Positions 1 through 8,790 of a stretch of 64,000 nt of DNA are shown piece after piece. The DNA is from Escherichia phage ECO340P2. The notes below the pieces were generated by a model. The model was given only the letters and a program-made list of their open reading frames with translations, made no database searches and was not told where the DNA came from. The stretch is taken from sequence record OP172792, one strand, 5' to 3'. A program made the position numbers and the translations under genes. The first letter of the stretch is position 1. Each line of letters opens with the position of its first letter.

Positions 1-1
1 A

Positions 2-547
2 GGTCGTTCAGCAGAACTGGATATTATTCATCGTAAAGTTAGCTATATCAACGATTATGGTTTCTTGGATAAAGCTAGTCGTAAGAAACTTATTGATGGG
101 GATACATTCTACTGCAACAAAGAATTCTGGGGTGATAAGAAGCTTGTGTTCATTGATGATGTAAATATCACTGGAACTCATGAAGACAAACTGATTGAGA
201 TCCTTGATGAAAATCAAGTTAAAAATGATGTTTACTTCTTGTATTTTGCAAAATATGAAGGTAATCAAGCAGATACCGAAGCTAAACTGAATTTTAACTA
301 TATTAATACACCAGAAGCATTTGTTAAAATGATTAATGAAGAACGTGATGCACAGTGTCTTGTTCGTCCTATTAAGTATCTTATGGGTCAAAATCACGAA
401 GACTTCAAAATCATTCTTAGCCAATTGCCACACTACTATGTAGAGCAGCTTTTCTTCGGATGTTTGGGAGAAGGTTACAACCGAATTGCAAAGTATGCTG
501 AAAACTTTGAGTTCTTGGATCGTTACACAAAACAACATATTCTGTGA
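2..547 (+). CDS. 5'-truncated ORF (continues upstream of window); phosphoribosyltransferase-like protein (tentative)
   Basis: Frame is open from window start; motif LVFIDDVNITGTHE resembles the PRPP-binding loop of type I PRTases (hydrophobic run, DD, then TG-T). Motif-level only. Confidence 0.35.
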   Translation, partial: GRSAELDIIHRKVSYINDYGFLDKASRKKLIDGDTFYCNKEFWGDKKLVFIDDVNITGTHEDKLIEILDENQVKNDVYFLYFAKYEGNQADTEAKLNFNYINTPEAFVKMINEERDAQCLVRPIKYLMGQNHEDFKIILSQLPHYYVEQLFFGCLGEGYNRIAKYAENFEFLDRYTKQHIL

Positions 548-560
548 TAAGGATCTAAAA

Positions 561-1046
561 ATGCTTAAAATGAAAACAGGTAATCTTATTGATGCCGCTA
601 AAGCAGGGGAAGTAACGGTTATTGCTCATTGTTGTAATTGTATGTGTAACATGGGGGCAGGTATTGCCCCACAAATAAAATATGCGTTTCCATATGCATA
701 CGAAGCAGATTTAGCTACAGGAGCAGGAAACCAGAAAAAGCTTGGTTCTTTTAGTTTAGGAGAACCAGAAGATTATCCTAATCCTATGGTATACAACCTT
801 TATGGACAATATCGTTATGGATATAATAGTAAAGGTCGTCAATTAGATTATGATGCACTGTATGATGCTCTTGCAGCTATGGCAATGGACTTACACAATT
901 ACGATAAAGGAGATCAACCAGCACATAAGATTGGTCTACCTATGATAGGTGCAGGTCATGCTGGAGGTAATTGGGCTATCATTGAAGTCATGATCAAAGA
1001 AACTTTAGTAAAAGCTGGTCACGATGTGACTATTTATAAACTTTAA
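561..1046 (+). CDS. Macro-domain protein, TARG1/OARD1/DarG-like (ADP-ribose removing)
   Basis: Motif VIAHCCNCMCNMGAGIA matches the TARG1-type macro signature (AHC..C.MGAGIA). Start moved to ATG 561 (AAGGA 7 nt upstream) instead of track start 486, which overlaps the previous gene. Confidence 0.6.
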   Translation: MLKMKTGNLIDAAKAGEVTVIAHCCNCMCNMGAGIAPQIKYAFPYAYEADLATGAGNQKKLGSFSLGEPEDYPNPMVYNLYGQYRYGYNSKGRQLDYDALYDALAAMAMDLHNYDKGDQPAHKIGLPMIGAGHAGGNWAIIEVMIKETLVKAGHDVTIYKL

Positions 1047-1058
1047 GAGGAGATTAGT

Positions 1059-1280
1059 ATGGGTGTTTTTGCAGGTATTGTTGCGGTGGTAGGGTTTTTT
1101 GTTATTGCTTTTATGCTTAGTTTGATCCCAGCTTGGTTACTGTTGCTGGCTTACAACTATGTTGCTGAAGTTATGGGTCATGCAGATATCACTGTTCCAG
1201 TAACCTTCTGGACCGTGGTTTGTGTTTCGTTTATTCTGGCTGTATTACGAGGAATCTTTTCCTCTAGTTCTTCTAAGTAA
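1059..1280 (+). CDS. Small hydrophobic membrane protein (2-3 predicted TM segments)
   Basis: ORF track; GAGG RBS upstream; sequence dominated by hydrophobic stretches (FFVIAFMLSLIPAWLLLLAY, WTVVCVSFILAVL). Confidence 0.5.
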   Translation: MGVFAGIVAVVGFFVIAFMLSLIPAWLLLLAYNYVAEVMGHADITVPVTFWTVVCVSFILAVLRGIFSSSSSK

Positions 1281-1300
1281 ATTTAAAACAGATGGAGGGC

Positions 1301-1525
1301 ATGATGAAAGTAGCTGTAGTAGAAACGGATACAGACTATCATGGAGCTTATGTTGACACCAAGATAATGGAATTCCCTTCTATGTTGGAGGCTGAAACCT
1401 GGTGTGATACAAGGTCTAGTAAAGGAAGTGCTTATTTTATCGACAAAAGCTTAACCAAAGCTTTGAACGAAGAGGAAAAGCCTAAGAAAGAGCCAGAAAA
1501 TAATATCAGCTTATCTTGGTATTAA
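1301..1525 (+). CDS. Hypothetical protein
   Basis: ORF track (1292..1525); GGAGGG RBS lies inside the 1292 start, so ATG 1301 is the likelier start. Confidence 0.45.
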   Translation: MMKVAVVETDTDYHGAYVDTKIMEFPSMLEAETWCDTRSSKGSAYFIDKSLTKALNEEEKPKKEPENNISLSWY

Positions 1526-1528
1526 CTG

Positions 1529-1557
1529 TTGACAAGCTTTTTAAAAAGAGTAAGATA
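1529..1557 (+). promoter_or_regulatory. Candidate sigma70-type promoter upstream of terC (weak -10)
   Basis: TTGACA at 1529-1534; best -10 is TAAGAT at 16-nt spacing. Confidence 0.3.
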
Positions 1558-1568
1558 TATCACATGAA

Positions 1569-1587
1569 GCGGGGAATAGTTCCCCGC
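1569..1587 (+). promoter_or_regulatory. GC-rich hairpin in the terC 5' leader
   Basis: GCGGGG-AATAGTT-CCCCGC, no U-tract, about 18 nt upstream of the terC start. Confidence 0.35.
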
Positions 1588-1604
1588 AAAGAGAGGAGAA
1601 AAGA

Positions 1605-2579
1605 ATGCAACTTGGTTTCCCAATTATTGATGTAGTTGTTTTAGTTGGTATTTTAGCATTGTCTATTGGTATCGATTTCTTTGGTCATAAAGAAAATAAA
1701 GAAATTGGAATCAAATCTGCTTTGCTTTGGTCTGTTTTTTGGATTGCTTTAGCTTTAGGGTATTACGCATTCATTTGGGTAGAACATGGTAAAGAATTTG
1801 CCGCGCTTTTCCTAAGTGGTTATGTGTTGGAAAAGAGTCTTTCTGTAGATAACCTAATGGTGTTCATGGCAATTTTTGCAAGCTTTGGAATTAAAAGCAC
1901 ACATCTCCAACATAAGATCTTACTTTGGGGGATTGCAGGAGCCATTGTCTTCCGAGGTATTTTTGTTGCAGCAGGCACCGCTTTGTTTAACCTTCATTGG
2001 TCGGTCCAAGTGTTGTTTGGTCTGATTGTAGCTTGGTCTGCCGTTGCTATTATCAAAGGGGGTGACGAAGAAGAGGATATTGATTACTCTAAACATTGGG
2101 CTGTTCGTTTAGTAGGTAAAGTTCTGCCTATGCACAATGCACTGGATGGTGAAAAGTTCATTACTATTAAGAATAGTATTAAATATGCAACCCCTGCTCT
2201 TCTTTGTGTGTTTGTTATTGAGCTTACAGATATTGTCTTCTCTTTTGATTCAGTTCCGGCTGTGATTGGTGTGACACAAGAACCTCTGCTAGTTTATTCT
2301 GCAATGCTGATGGCTGTTCTTGGCCTACGTGCACTTTTCTTTGTGTTAAGTGTAGCTGTGAAATATTTGGTTCACTTAGAGAAAGCTGTTGCTGTGGTTC
2401 TGGTGTTTGTTGGTGCTAAACTTATGTATCACCCGTTCGGTGAAACACTTCATGCCAAGTGGTCATTCCTCCCGCATGATATCTCTCCTAACGTAAGTTT
2501 AATGATTGTTCTAGGCACATTAGCTCTTGGTGTTATTGCAAGCTTTATCTTTCCTGAAAAAGAAGAAGCCACTGTTTAA
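1605..2579 (+). CDS. terC: TerC-family integral membrane protein
   Basis: Multi-pass hydrophobic protein carrying the TerC hallmark LEKSLSVDNLMVF; strong RBS GAGAGGAG upstream; followed by a terminator. Confidence 0.85.
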   Translation: MQLGFPIIDVVVLVGILALSIGIDFFGHKENKEIGIKSALLWSVFWIALALGYYAFIWVEHGKEFAALFLSGYVLEKSLSVDNLMVFMAIFASFGIKSTHLQHKILLWGIAGAIVFRGIFVAAGTALFNLHWSVQVLFGLIVAWSAVAIIKGGDEEEDIDYSKHWAVRLVGKVLPMHNALDGEKFITIKNSIKYATPALLCVFVIELTDIVFSFDSVPAVIGVTQEPLLVYSAMLMAVLGLRALFFVLSVAVKYLVHLEKAVAVVLVFVGAKLMYHPFGETLHAKWSFLPHDISPNVSLMIVLGTLALGVIASFIFPEKEEATV

Positions 2580-2585
2580 TAGATG

Positions 2586-2610
2586 AGCCTCCTTCGGGAG
2601 GCTATTTTAT
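2586..2610 (+). terminator. Rho-independent terminator after terC
   Basis: AGCCTCC-TTCG-GGAGGCT followed by ATTTTAT. Confidence 0.75.
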
Positions 2611-2621
2611 AGGAGAGACTT

Positions 2622-2972
2622 ATGAGTAATTTTGATGAAATTCAAGAACTTGTTTGGGATTTATGTGGTGATGTGGATTACGTTTCGGACTATCTTTCAA
2701 AAGTTTACCCTGGGGTAAGCGTTATGATTGTGACAAAAGATCCAATTAACTTACCTCCTAATGTGGTAGCTTGTTGTGGAAGTGGTTCAGGAGAAGTGGA
2801 GCCTGTATCTCGTTGGGAATTAACTAAAGCCGTTTCAAAACGAAACGGTGAAGTTTTGAATATTGATATCGAGCAAATATGGACTTCTCCAGCAGCCAAA
2901 TGGAATGATCCAAATGGTTGGGATTTGTTCTTTTGGGATAATGAAACTGATGATGAGGTATTTTTAAAATGA
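2622..2972 (+). CDS. Hypothetical protein
   Basis: ORF track; AGGAGAG RBS; no recognisable motif. Confidence 0.5.
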   Translation: MSNFDEIQELVWDLCGDVDYVSDYLSKVYPGVSVMIVTKDPINLPPNVVACCGSGSGEVEPVSRWELTKAVSKRNGEVLNIDIEQIWTSPAAKWNDPNGWDLFFWDNETDDEVFLK

Positions 2973-3214
2973 AATACTTGTTGGTTGTGTTTGAAAATAT
3001 TTGTTTTGCAATAGGTTTGTTTGTTGTAATTTTTGTATTGACAAGCGTAATCAACGGCAGTAAAGTGAGTTTATACCGAGATGGAGAGCAGCTTTATTGC
3101 TTCTCTGGAGATTTCAAACACAGATGTATTAATAGTCAAAACGAGGAAAGCAAATATGAAAAAACTAGCCCTGATTTTAATTGGTTGTATCTTTTTAACA
3201 GCTTGCGAGGATGA
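2969..3214 (+). CDS. Possible small single-TM protein (uncertain; overlaps next gene)
   Basis: ATGA start/stop overlap with preceding ORF; N-terminal hydrophobic helix LLVVFENICFAIGLFVVIFVL; overlaps the lipoprotein start by about 59 nt, so may be spurious. Confidence 0.25.
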   Translation: MKYLLVVFENICFAIGLFVVIFVLTSVINGSKVSLYRDGEQLYCFSGDFKHRCINSQNEESKYEKTSPDFNWLYLFNSLRG

Positions 3215-3593
3215 AACAAATCCTGCACAATACCAACAACCTCCTCAACAATACGCTCAACAAGGATCTGACGGAGATACAACTATTATCAACAATGGTG
3301 GCGGCTCTAGTAGTAGCGGTGTTGGGGAGTTTGCTACAGGTATGTTGTTAGGGCATATGATGAGCGGTGGTAGTAATCGTGGTGGCGGAGATTATAACGA
3401 TAACAGAACGATTATTAATAAACATTATAACACACCTAAACCAAAGACTAATTTTTATGGTAAACCTAAACAAGAGACAAAAACTTATGAAAAGCCGAGA
3501 CAAACTTTTAAAACAAATAGTAGCTATACAACTCGTAAATCTTACAGTAGCCCTTTAAGTAAAAAGAGTTCATCTCGTAGCAAGCGACGTTAA
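3156..3593 (+). CDS. Lipoprotein (signal peptide with lipobox LTAC), Q/G/S-rich, basic C-terminus
   Basis: MKKLALILIGCIFLTAC is a classic lipoprotein signal with lipobox Cys; GAGG RBS; start ATG 3156 preferred over track start 3081. Confidence 0.6.
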   Translation: MKKLALILIGCIFLTACEDETNPAQYQQPPQQYAQQGSDGDTTIINNGGGSSSSGVGEFATGMLLGHMMSGGSNRGGGDYNDNRTIINKHYNTPKPKTNFYGKPKQETKTYEKPRQTFKTNSSYTTRKSYSSPLSKKSSSRSKRR

Positions 3594-3607
3594 TAAGGAG
3601 AAAAACA

Positions 3608-4201
3608 ATGACAATTTCTATTCGTACTTCCATCGTAGGTGTTAAAAGGTTGCCTAATGCTTTGCAAATCACACGTGCTTTGAGGGATACGTTCTCTGCT
3701 GTGGATGAGCATAAAATGCTTGATAATCTCTCAAATTGGCCCTATTTTCATTATTTTAAAAATGAAGATGACGAGTTTATAGATGCTGTTTCTTATGGTT
3801 ATGATTTCGGTAAGGAGGTTTCTCCTGAAGAATTTGTAGCTACGGTATTCCCAAATGGTTTTCCTACTCGCAGCAAACGTAAAAAAGGACCAAAAAACAA
3901 GAAACGTGCTATTAATAAAGCTACCATTTTCTTTACTGATGGGACACAGTATACGATTAAAGATTTTGAAGAAGTATCTTATACAGCAGGTGGAAATCTT
4001 TCTTTCTACACCATCAAAAAACAAAACGCTACGTTCAGCCATGTTTCTAACATGATTGAAATGTTAGTAGAAGATATTGAAAGCGTGGCTGTGTTAGGTA
4101 TGCATAAAAGCTTTTTAATTACAAATATTTCAGATTTCAGTGCACGTTTATCTAGCCCTGATTTTGAAGCCACGACCACGCATTTCACTTTTAAGGTGTA
4201 A
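3608..4201 (+). CDS. Hypothetical protein
   Basis: ORF track; AAGGAG RBS; no recognisable motif. Confidence 0.5.
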   Translation: MTISIRTSIVGVKRLPNALQITRALRDTFSAVDEHKMLDNLSNWPYFHYFKNEDDEFIDAVSYGYDFGKEVSPEEFVATVFPNGFPTRSKRKKGPKNKKRAINKATIFFTDGTQYTIKDFEEVSYTAGGNLSFYTIKKQNATFSHVSNMIEMLVEDIESVAVLGMHKSFLITNISDFSARLSSPDFEATTTHFTFKV

Positions 4202-4204
4202 GTT

Positions 4205-4795
4205 ATGTATACCGAGAGAGACTTGCAACTCTTGTGGTGGGAAGTGATGCAGGAAATAAAAGAAGATTTTCCTGTTTACTACAACATGTTACGTGAAGCA
4301 GGATATAAAGCTTGCGTTAGAAACAAAGTGAATAACTCTTTTGGTTGGTGCAACTACCGAGATAAAATTGTTGTTGTAAATTGGCACTTGCATAAGAACT
4401 CTACAAGAGATATGATCGTGGATACAATGAAGCATGAAATTGCTCATGCTATTGATGGTTGTATGGGTAAGTTTAGTAGGCACGGTGCTCATTGGCAAAA
4501 ACTGGCAGCAGAATTAGGGGCTAATCCTAAAGCCACTTCCAAAGAGCCGTTGAACCACGAATATAAATATGTTCTTGTTCTGGTAGATAGGTTTGCGACA
4601 AGGTGTGTTAGAGGTTATAATCGTAAACCTAATCGCATGTACCCAGGTAAGCAACCTAATATGTGGTTGAAATCAGATAAAGAAGGGACCGAAGGAAAAT
4701 TATGGTTGTATAAATGGGACGATTGGGTTAAAGTAGCTAAAGAGTACGGTGTTTCACCATATATAAGAGATGCAGAAGAGGAGAATGAAGAATGA
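4205..4795 (+). CDS. HExxH zinc-metallopeptidase-like protein (SprT/Wss1-like)
   Basis: Motif MKHEIAHAIDGCMGKFSRHGAHW gives HExxH plus a downstream His; family assignment tentative. Confidence 0.5.
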   Translation: MYTERDLQLLWWEVMQEIKEDFPVYYNMLREAGYKACVRNKVNNSFGWCNYRDKIVVVNWHLHKNSTRDMIVDTMKHEIAHAIDGCMGKFSRHGAHWQKLAAELGANPKATSKEPLNHEYKYVLVLVDRFATRCVRGYNRKPNRMYPGKQPNMWLKSDKEGTEGKLWLYKWDDWVKVAKEYGVSPYIRDAEEENEE

Positions 4796-5904
4796 CAAGT
4801 CCATTTTTAAAAGCAGCTACTGGTGGTCAGAAGAAGTCTGAAATGAGTGTATTCGCTGCAACAACAGATGCAAGTAAATCTGTATTCGCGCCAAGCGTGT
4901 TAGATGCCAGTCCTGTTTATGCACCAGCCGCACCGCAAGAAGTCCCAGTTTTGCCTTCTATGACCCGACAAGAGATCGAAGAGATTGGGGCAGAGGCAGG
5001 AACAACCTTGCGTTCCTTGAATGCCGAGGTATTAAAACATCAACGTAGTAATCAAGGCGATCAGATGAGTGAACGACTCACAGCTTTGATTAAACAGGCA
5101 AAACAACTTGATCCAAACTCTATTAAACAAAGCAAGGGTATTACTAAACTCATTAAAAAGGTCATGGGTATGAAAGAAGACCTGTTCGGGGAGTTTGATA
5201 ATGTTAATAACCGTATTGAAGAGTTAGTAAAGAACCTTCAAATGGATATTCGCAAAGAAGAAGATTCCTTAGTATATCTTGAAAAACTACATCAAGCTAT
5301 TGGACAATATGCTGCAAGTTTGAACCGAGATATGCAGCTTCTAACAGCAACCTATGAAAAAGAAGAGCAAGCTTTGGCTGCTCTTCCAGAAGATGCAGTA
5401 GAACAGCGACAAGTGATCCGAGATACTTTGGATCTTCTGGAGATTCGTATTGCGGATTTAAAAGCATTGCGCCTACTGTGTGTCCAAATGGGACCACGTG
5501 TACAAGGTATGCAAAAAGTTTCTGCAAGCTTAATGCGATCTGCGCGTAACATAGTAAATAATGTTATCCCTGCTTACTCTGCTAACTTCTCAATGTATAT
5601 TGAGAGCTTACGTCAAATGAAAGCCGCAGAAACACAGAATAACGTTCTTGATGAATTTAACCTGGCAATTAAATTAGGTAGTGATTTGGCTACACAAAAT
5701 CAGATTGAAGCCGCAGCATTGGCTAACCGTCAAGTGTTAGATATTGATACTCTGCGACACGATCAGGAAAACTTAGTTAAAATGCTGGAAGAAACAAATC
5801 GCATCAATACAGAAGCCCGTGCTGCTCGTGTTGATTATATTAATGAAGTTCAATCTCTGGAAGACGGGATGGTAGCTGCTGTAAAACGAGGACTTGGTAA
5901 ATGA
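4792..5904 (+). CDS. TelA-like (toxic anion resistance family) coiled-coil protein, tentative
   Basis: About 370 aa, disordered N-terminus then long coiled-coil-prone helices; size, composition and position between terC and terD fit TelA/KlaA. No diagnostic motif verified. Confidence 0.4.
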   Translation: MTSPFLKAATGGQKKSEMSVFAATTDASKSVFAPSVLDASPVYAPAAPQEVPVLPSMTRQEIEEIGAEAGTTLRSLNAEVLKHQRSNQGDQMSERLTALIKQAKQLDPNSIKQSKGITKLIKKVMGMKEDLFGEFDNVNNRIEELVKNLQMDIRKEEDSLVYLEKLHQAIGQYAASLNRDMQLLTATYEKEEQALAALPEDAVEQRQVIRDTLDLLEIRIADLKALRLLCVQMGPRVQGMQKVSASLMRSARNIVNNVIPAYSANFSMYIESLRQMKAAETQNNVLDEFNLAIKLGSDLATQNQIEAAALANRQVLDIDTLRHDQENLVKMLEETNRINTEARAARVDYINEVQSLEDGMVAAVKRGLGK

Positions 5905-6095
5905 GAATCCGTGTTTATATGATTGATGATAGCTTTGGTGTCCGTTATGATGACGAAAAACGATTCGCGCCGATTAGCGGCATACATCCCCTAAGTGTTT
6001 TGGCAGCTTGTCGTGATAAATATCTCTATGAAGCTTGTAATCATTTTGGTTTTGAGCTTCTTTCAGATGTAGAGTTTAATGAGGAGGAAGGATGA
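5901..6095 (+). CDS. Small acidic hypothetical protein
   Basis: ORF track; ATGA overlap with upstream gene; acidic C-terminus. Confidence 0.4.
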   Translation: MRIRVYMIDDSFGVRYDDEKRFAPISGIHPLSVLAACRDKYLYEACNHFGFELLSDVEFNEEEG

Positions 6096-6265
6096 AAATA
6101 TTACGCGTGAATATTGAAACCGCTTGGTGCGGATGTAATGAGGTTGTGGATATTGAAATTGAAGATGATATGTCTAAAGAGGATATAGAAGATCTTGCAC
6201 ACGAAACCTTTCAGGACTATTGTAGCTATGGGTTCCATATTTTAGAGGAGGAAGAAGATGTATAA
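6092..6265 (+). CDS. Small acidic hypothetical protein (57 aa, not in ORF track)
   Basis: ATG 6092 preceded by GAGGAGGAAGG; read by hand to stop at 6263-6265; very acidic. Confidence 0.3.
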   Translation: MKILRVNIETAWCGCNEVVDIEIEDDMSKEDIEDLAHETFQDYCSYGFHILEEEEDV

Positions 6266-6656
6266 TCCAACAGGTATTCTTTTAAAACTCACAGTAACAG
6301 ATCCTACTCTTTTCACCAAGTTAGTCAGTGGTGAAGTCTATGAAGTAATGAAAGATGACGACGGTTGGTGTTATCTTTGTGGCTACTACCTCTGTGATGC
6401 AGAAGAGTTAGAATCCATTACAACTAAAGGTTTTTATGAAGAACCAGGCTTCCGTGTGGAAACTACACAGAAACCTGATACCATTACGTTGACTCGACAG
6501 GAACTGATCACAATCATTGAAGATGCTTTTATTGATGGTTGGAATACACAAGATAATGATTGGGGTGGACCTGAAGCTTTTCTAGAACATCATAAAGCTT
6601 ACGGAGAATTTTGTGAAACCACTGTAGCTCTTGATAATCTGAAGGAGGGTTTGTAA
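6258..6656 (+). CDS. Acidic hypothetical protein
   Basis: ORF track; GAGGAGGAAGAAG RBS; strongly D/E-rich. Confidence 0.5.
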   Translation: MYNPTGILLKLTVTDPTLFTKLVSGEVYEVMKDDDGWCYLCGYYLCDAEELESITTKGFYEEPGFRVETTQKPDTITLTRQELITIIEDAFIDGWNTQDNDWGGPEAFLEHHKAYGEFCETTVALDNLKEGL

Positions 6657-7219
6657 TGGGTTGTTTTAGCTTTTTGTGTAAGGAATCGGGCAAAGCTGCC
6701 CTTTCTACTTCTTTCGACGGATCGCCTTGCTATCTCTTTCTTTTGAAAGATGGTGTTGTTATTGAAGAGATGTATGGCAACTACGATAGTTATGGTTGTG
6801 TTTTCTCTGGAAAGGAGGACGAAAATGGCGTTCGTGAACGGTTTGATTGGGTTATGGATTGGAGTAAGGTTTGTGATTTGATGCATTCCTCAAATCCAAG
6901 GGACGGTATCGCTATGGTGCTGGAAGAGTACTTTACAGGTGAAATCCCTACAGAACAATCTGACAGAGATCCTAACCAAGGTTGGGGTGATGGTGAAGAA
7001 GATCCAGATTGTTTTTTCAGCACAGAAAAGAATAAGTTTAAACGTGTTGACAACCCTTATCACAAAGTGCATAATACTCTCATTGAAACAGAAGATGACA
7101 AGATGGAAATTGAAGAAGATGATCCTCTTGTAACACTTCCTATAAGCGAGTTACAAAAGATTACTAAAGAAGCTTACGATTTGGGCTTCAAAATTGGTAG
7201 AGGAGGTATGCGTGTTTAG
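6656..7219 (+). CDS. Hypothetical protein with acidic C-terminal half
   Basis: ORF track; GGAGGG RBS; several Cys pairs; no recognisable family. Confidence 0.5.
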   Translation: MGCFSFLCKESGKAALSTSFDGSPCYLFLLKDGVVIEEMYGNYDSYGCVFSGKEDENGVRERFDWVMDWSKVCDLMHSSNPRDGIAMVLEEYFTGEIPTEQSDRDPNQGWGDGEEDPDCFFSTEKNKFKRVDNPYHKVHNTLIETEDDKMEIEEDDPLVTLPISELQKITKEAYDLGFKIGRGGMRV

Positions 7220-7484
7220 ATTCAATATTCAAGAAGAAAAGTATAAGGATTTACCTGTTCCTTTCGAAGATCTTGACGTAGGGGATACATTCATGTATTA
7301 TGCTGCCTATGAAGATGCAGGGTTGGATACTTACATTAATTTGGTGTTCATTAAAAGTTCTCCAAACAGCGCAATCTGCATCAGTGGATCGCAACGAGGT
7401 TATACACATTGTATCCCGCCAGATACAAATATGGTGGAAGTAGATTTAGAAGTTACCAATATCACACTTAAGAAGGAGAAATAA
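7212..7484 (+). CDS. Small protein, paralog A of a duplicated pair (partner of the TerD-headed vWA gene)
   Basis: GTG 7212 preceded by GGAGG; motifs DLDVGDTFMYYAAYEDAGLD and EVDLEVTNITLKK are shared with ORF 8506..8775. Confidence 0.5.
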   Translation: MFRFNIQEEKYKDLPVPFEDLDVGDTFMYYAAYEDAGLDTYINLVFIKSSPNSAICISGSQRGYTHCIPPDTNMVEVDLEVTNITLKKEK

Positions 7485-7485
7485 T

Positions 7486-8280
7486 ATGTCCGAGAAAATC
7501 AGCCTGAAAAAACGTCAAGAAAACCTTGCTTTCTCTCTGAAAAAGAATAAGAACCTGAATGAAGGTAAGATTGTTCTTCGTGTAGCATGTGCTCTAGATA
7601 TTTCTGGTAGTATGCATGGTCTATATGCTCGTGGAGTAGTGAGTGATTTTGTAGGTAAACTGCTCCCTTTTGGTATGCTGTTCGACGATAATGAACAAAT
7701 TGATATGTGGGCCTTCAATACAAGTTCTCAAGAGCTTACTCCAGCAACAGCAGACGTTTACGATGATTATGTTGGTAAATGTATGCGTAATGTTCGTATC
7801 GGAGGTGGAACAAATTACGCCCCTGTAATGGCAGATATCTACGATGAGTATTTTGGCACTGTTACCAAATATATTACCACTAAACAAGTGGTACAAGAGG
7901 AGGCTCCAAAGAAAGGCTTCTTTAATCGTCTGCTTGGTAAAACTGAAACAGTATCTGTAGAGCGTGAAAAGGTTGTAGCTGTATCTGAACCAGGTGCTGA
8001 CGTTACCCCTGGTGTTGTATTCTTCCAGACGGATGGTGAGAATGGTGATCCTAGTGCTGTTCGTCGTCTTATTGAAGAGAATAAGAATAAACCTATTTAT
8101 TGGTTCATGGTTGGCGTCGGTAATGAGAAGTTTGGCTTCCTGAAAGAACTGGCAAATGCTTATGATAATGTTGGTTTTATTGGCATTAAAGATTTAGACT
8201 TGACAGATTCAGAGCTTTATGACAAACTCTTATCTGAAGAGTTCGGAGAGTGGGTTGTTAAAGTAGGTGCTAAAAAATGA
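7486..8280 (+). CDS. vWA (MIDAS) protein with TerD-like N-terminal head; TerF/TerY-like
   Basis: N-terminus MSEKISLKK...FSLKK mimics the TerD start; LRVACALDISGSM is a vWA MIDAS DxSxS motif. Confidence 0.65.
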   Translation: MSEKISLKKRQENLAFSLKKNKNLNEGKIVLRVACALDISGSMHGLYARGVVSDFVGKLLPFGMLFDDNEQIDMWAFNTSSQELTPATADVYDDYVGKCMRNVRIGGGTNYAPVMADIYDEYFGTVTKYITTKQVVQEEAPKKGFFNRLLGKTETVSVEREKVVAVSEPGADVTPGVVFFQTDGENGDPSAVRRLIEENKNKPIYWFMVGVGNEKFGFLKELANAYDNVGFIGIKDLDLTDSELYDKLLSEEFGEWVVKVGAKK

Positions 8281-8525
8281 TCGACGAGCTTGCCTCTCAA
8301 GTCGTAGAAAATTATTGGCGCGAGAGAGAAGCTTTCATTATGCGCAGTCTCAAAGAATATTTCATTGGGACTGTGCGGATGGAAGATATTGTAAGTAGAG
8401 TAGAGATTCATGTATGGCCTGATTATGAAGAATGGGTTGACAAAGAAAATGAAAATGCTATAATTCTTCGTATATACAAACCGGAGATAACATTAGGAGG
8501 AAGAAGTGTTAAACTTCGAAATTGA
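8277..8525 (+). CDS. Hypothetical protein
   Basis: ORF track; ATGA overlap with upstream gene. Confidence 0.4.
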   Translation: MIDELASQVVENYWREREAFIMRSLKEYFIGTVRMEDIVSRVEIHVWPDYEEWVDKENENAIILRIYKPEITLGGRSVKLRN

Positions 8526-8775
8526 TGAGCAAAAAATAAATAAACGATGCCTTACCATTAAAGATTTGGATGTAGGAGATACTTTCGTCTATGAAAATGC
8601 ATTTGACGAAAATGGTTTAGACCTTAGTGAAGTCATTGTTTATTTAAAAGTAGATGATGGGGAAAATGATTATTCTGCTGTAGAATTAAACCATCATGCA
8701 CAATTAGTAGCAATCCAAAACACATCTAAGCTTTTGGAAGTAGAATTGACTGTAACTGGTATTACACTTAAATAA
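8506..8775 (+). CDS. Small protein, paralog B of the duplicated pair (partner of terD)
   Basis: GTG 8506 preceded by AGGAGG; shares DLDVGDTF..Y and L.VELTVTGITLK motifs with ORF 7212..7484. Confidence 0.5.
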   Translation: MLNFEIDEQKINKRCLTIKDLDVGDTFVYENAFDENGLDLSEVIVYLKVDDGENDYSAVELNHHAQLVAIQNTSKLLEVELTVTGITLK

Positions 8776-8790
8776 TAGAGGAGACAAAAG

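Noticed and set aside
486-560. Upstream start (486) for the macro-domain gene
   Set aside because: It would overlap the preceding ORF by about 60 nt and has no RBS; ATG 561 has an AAGGA RBS and begins right after the upstream stop.
3081-3155. Upstream start (3081) for the lipoprotein gene
   Set aside because: The lipoprotein signal peptide MKKLALILIGCIFLTAC begins at 3156 with its own RBS; an N-terminal extension would bury the signal peptide.
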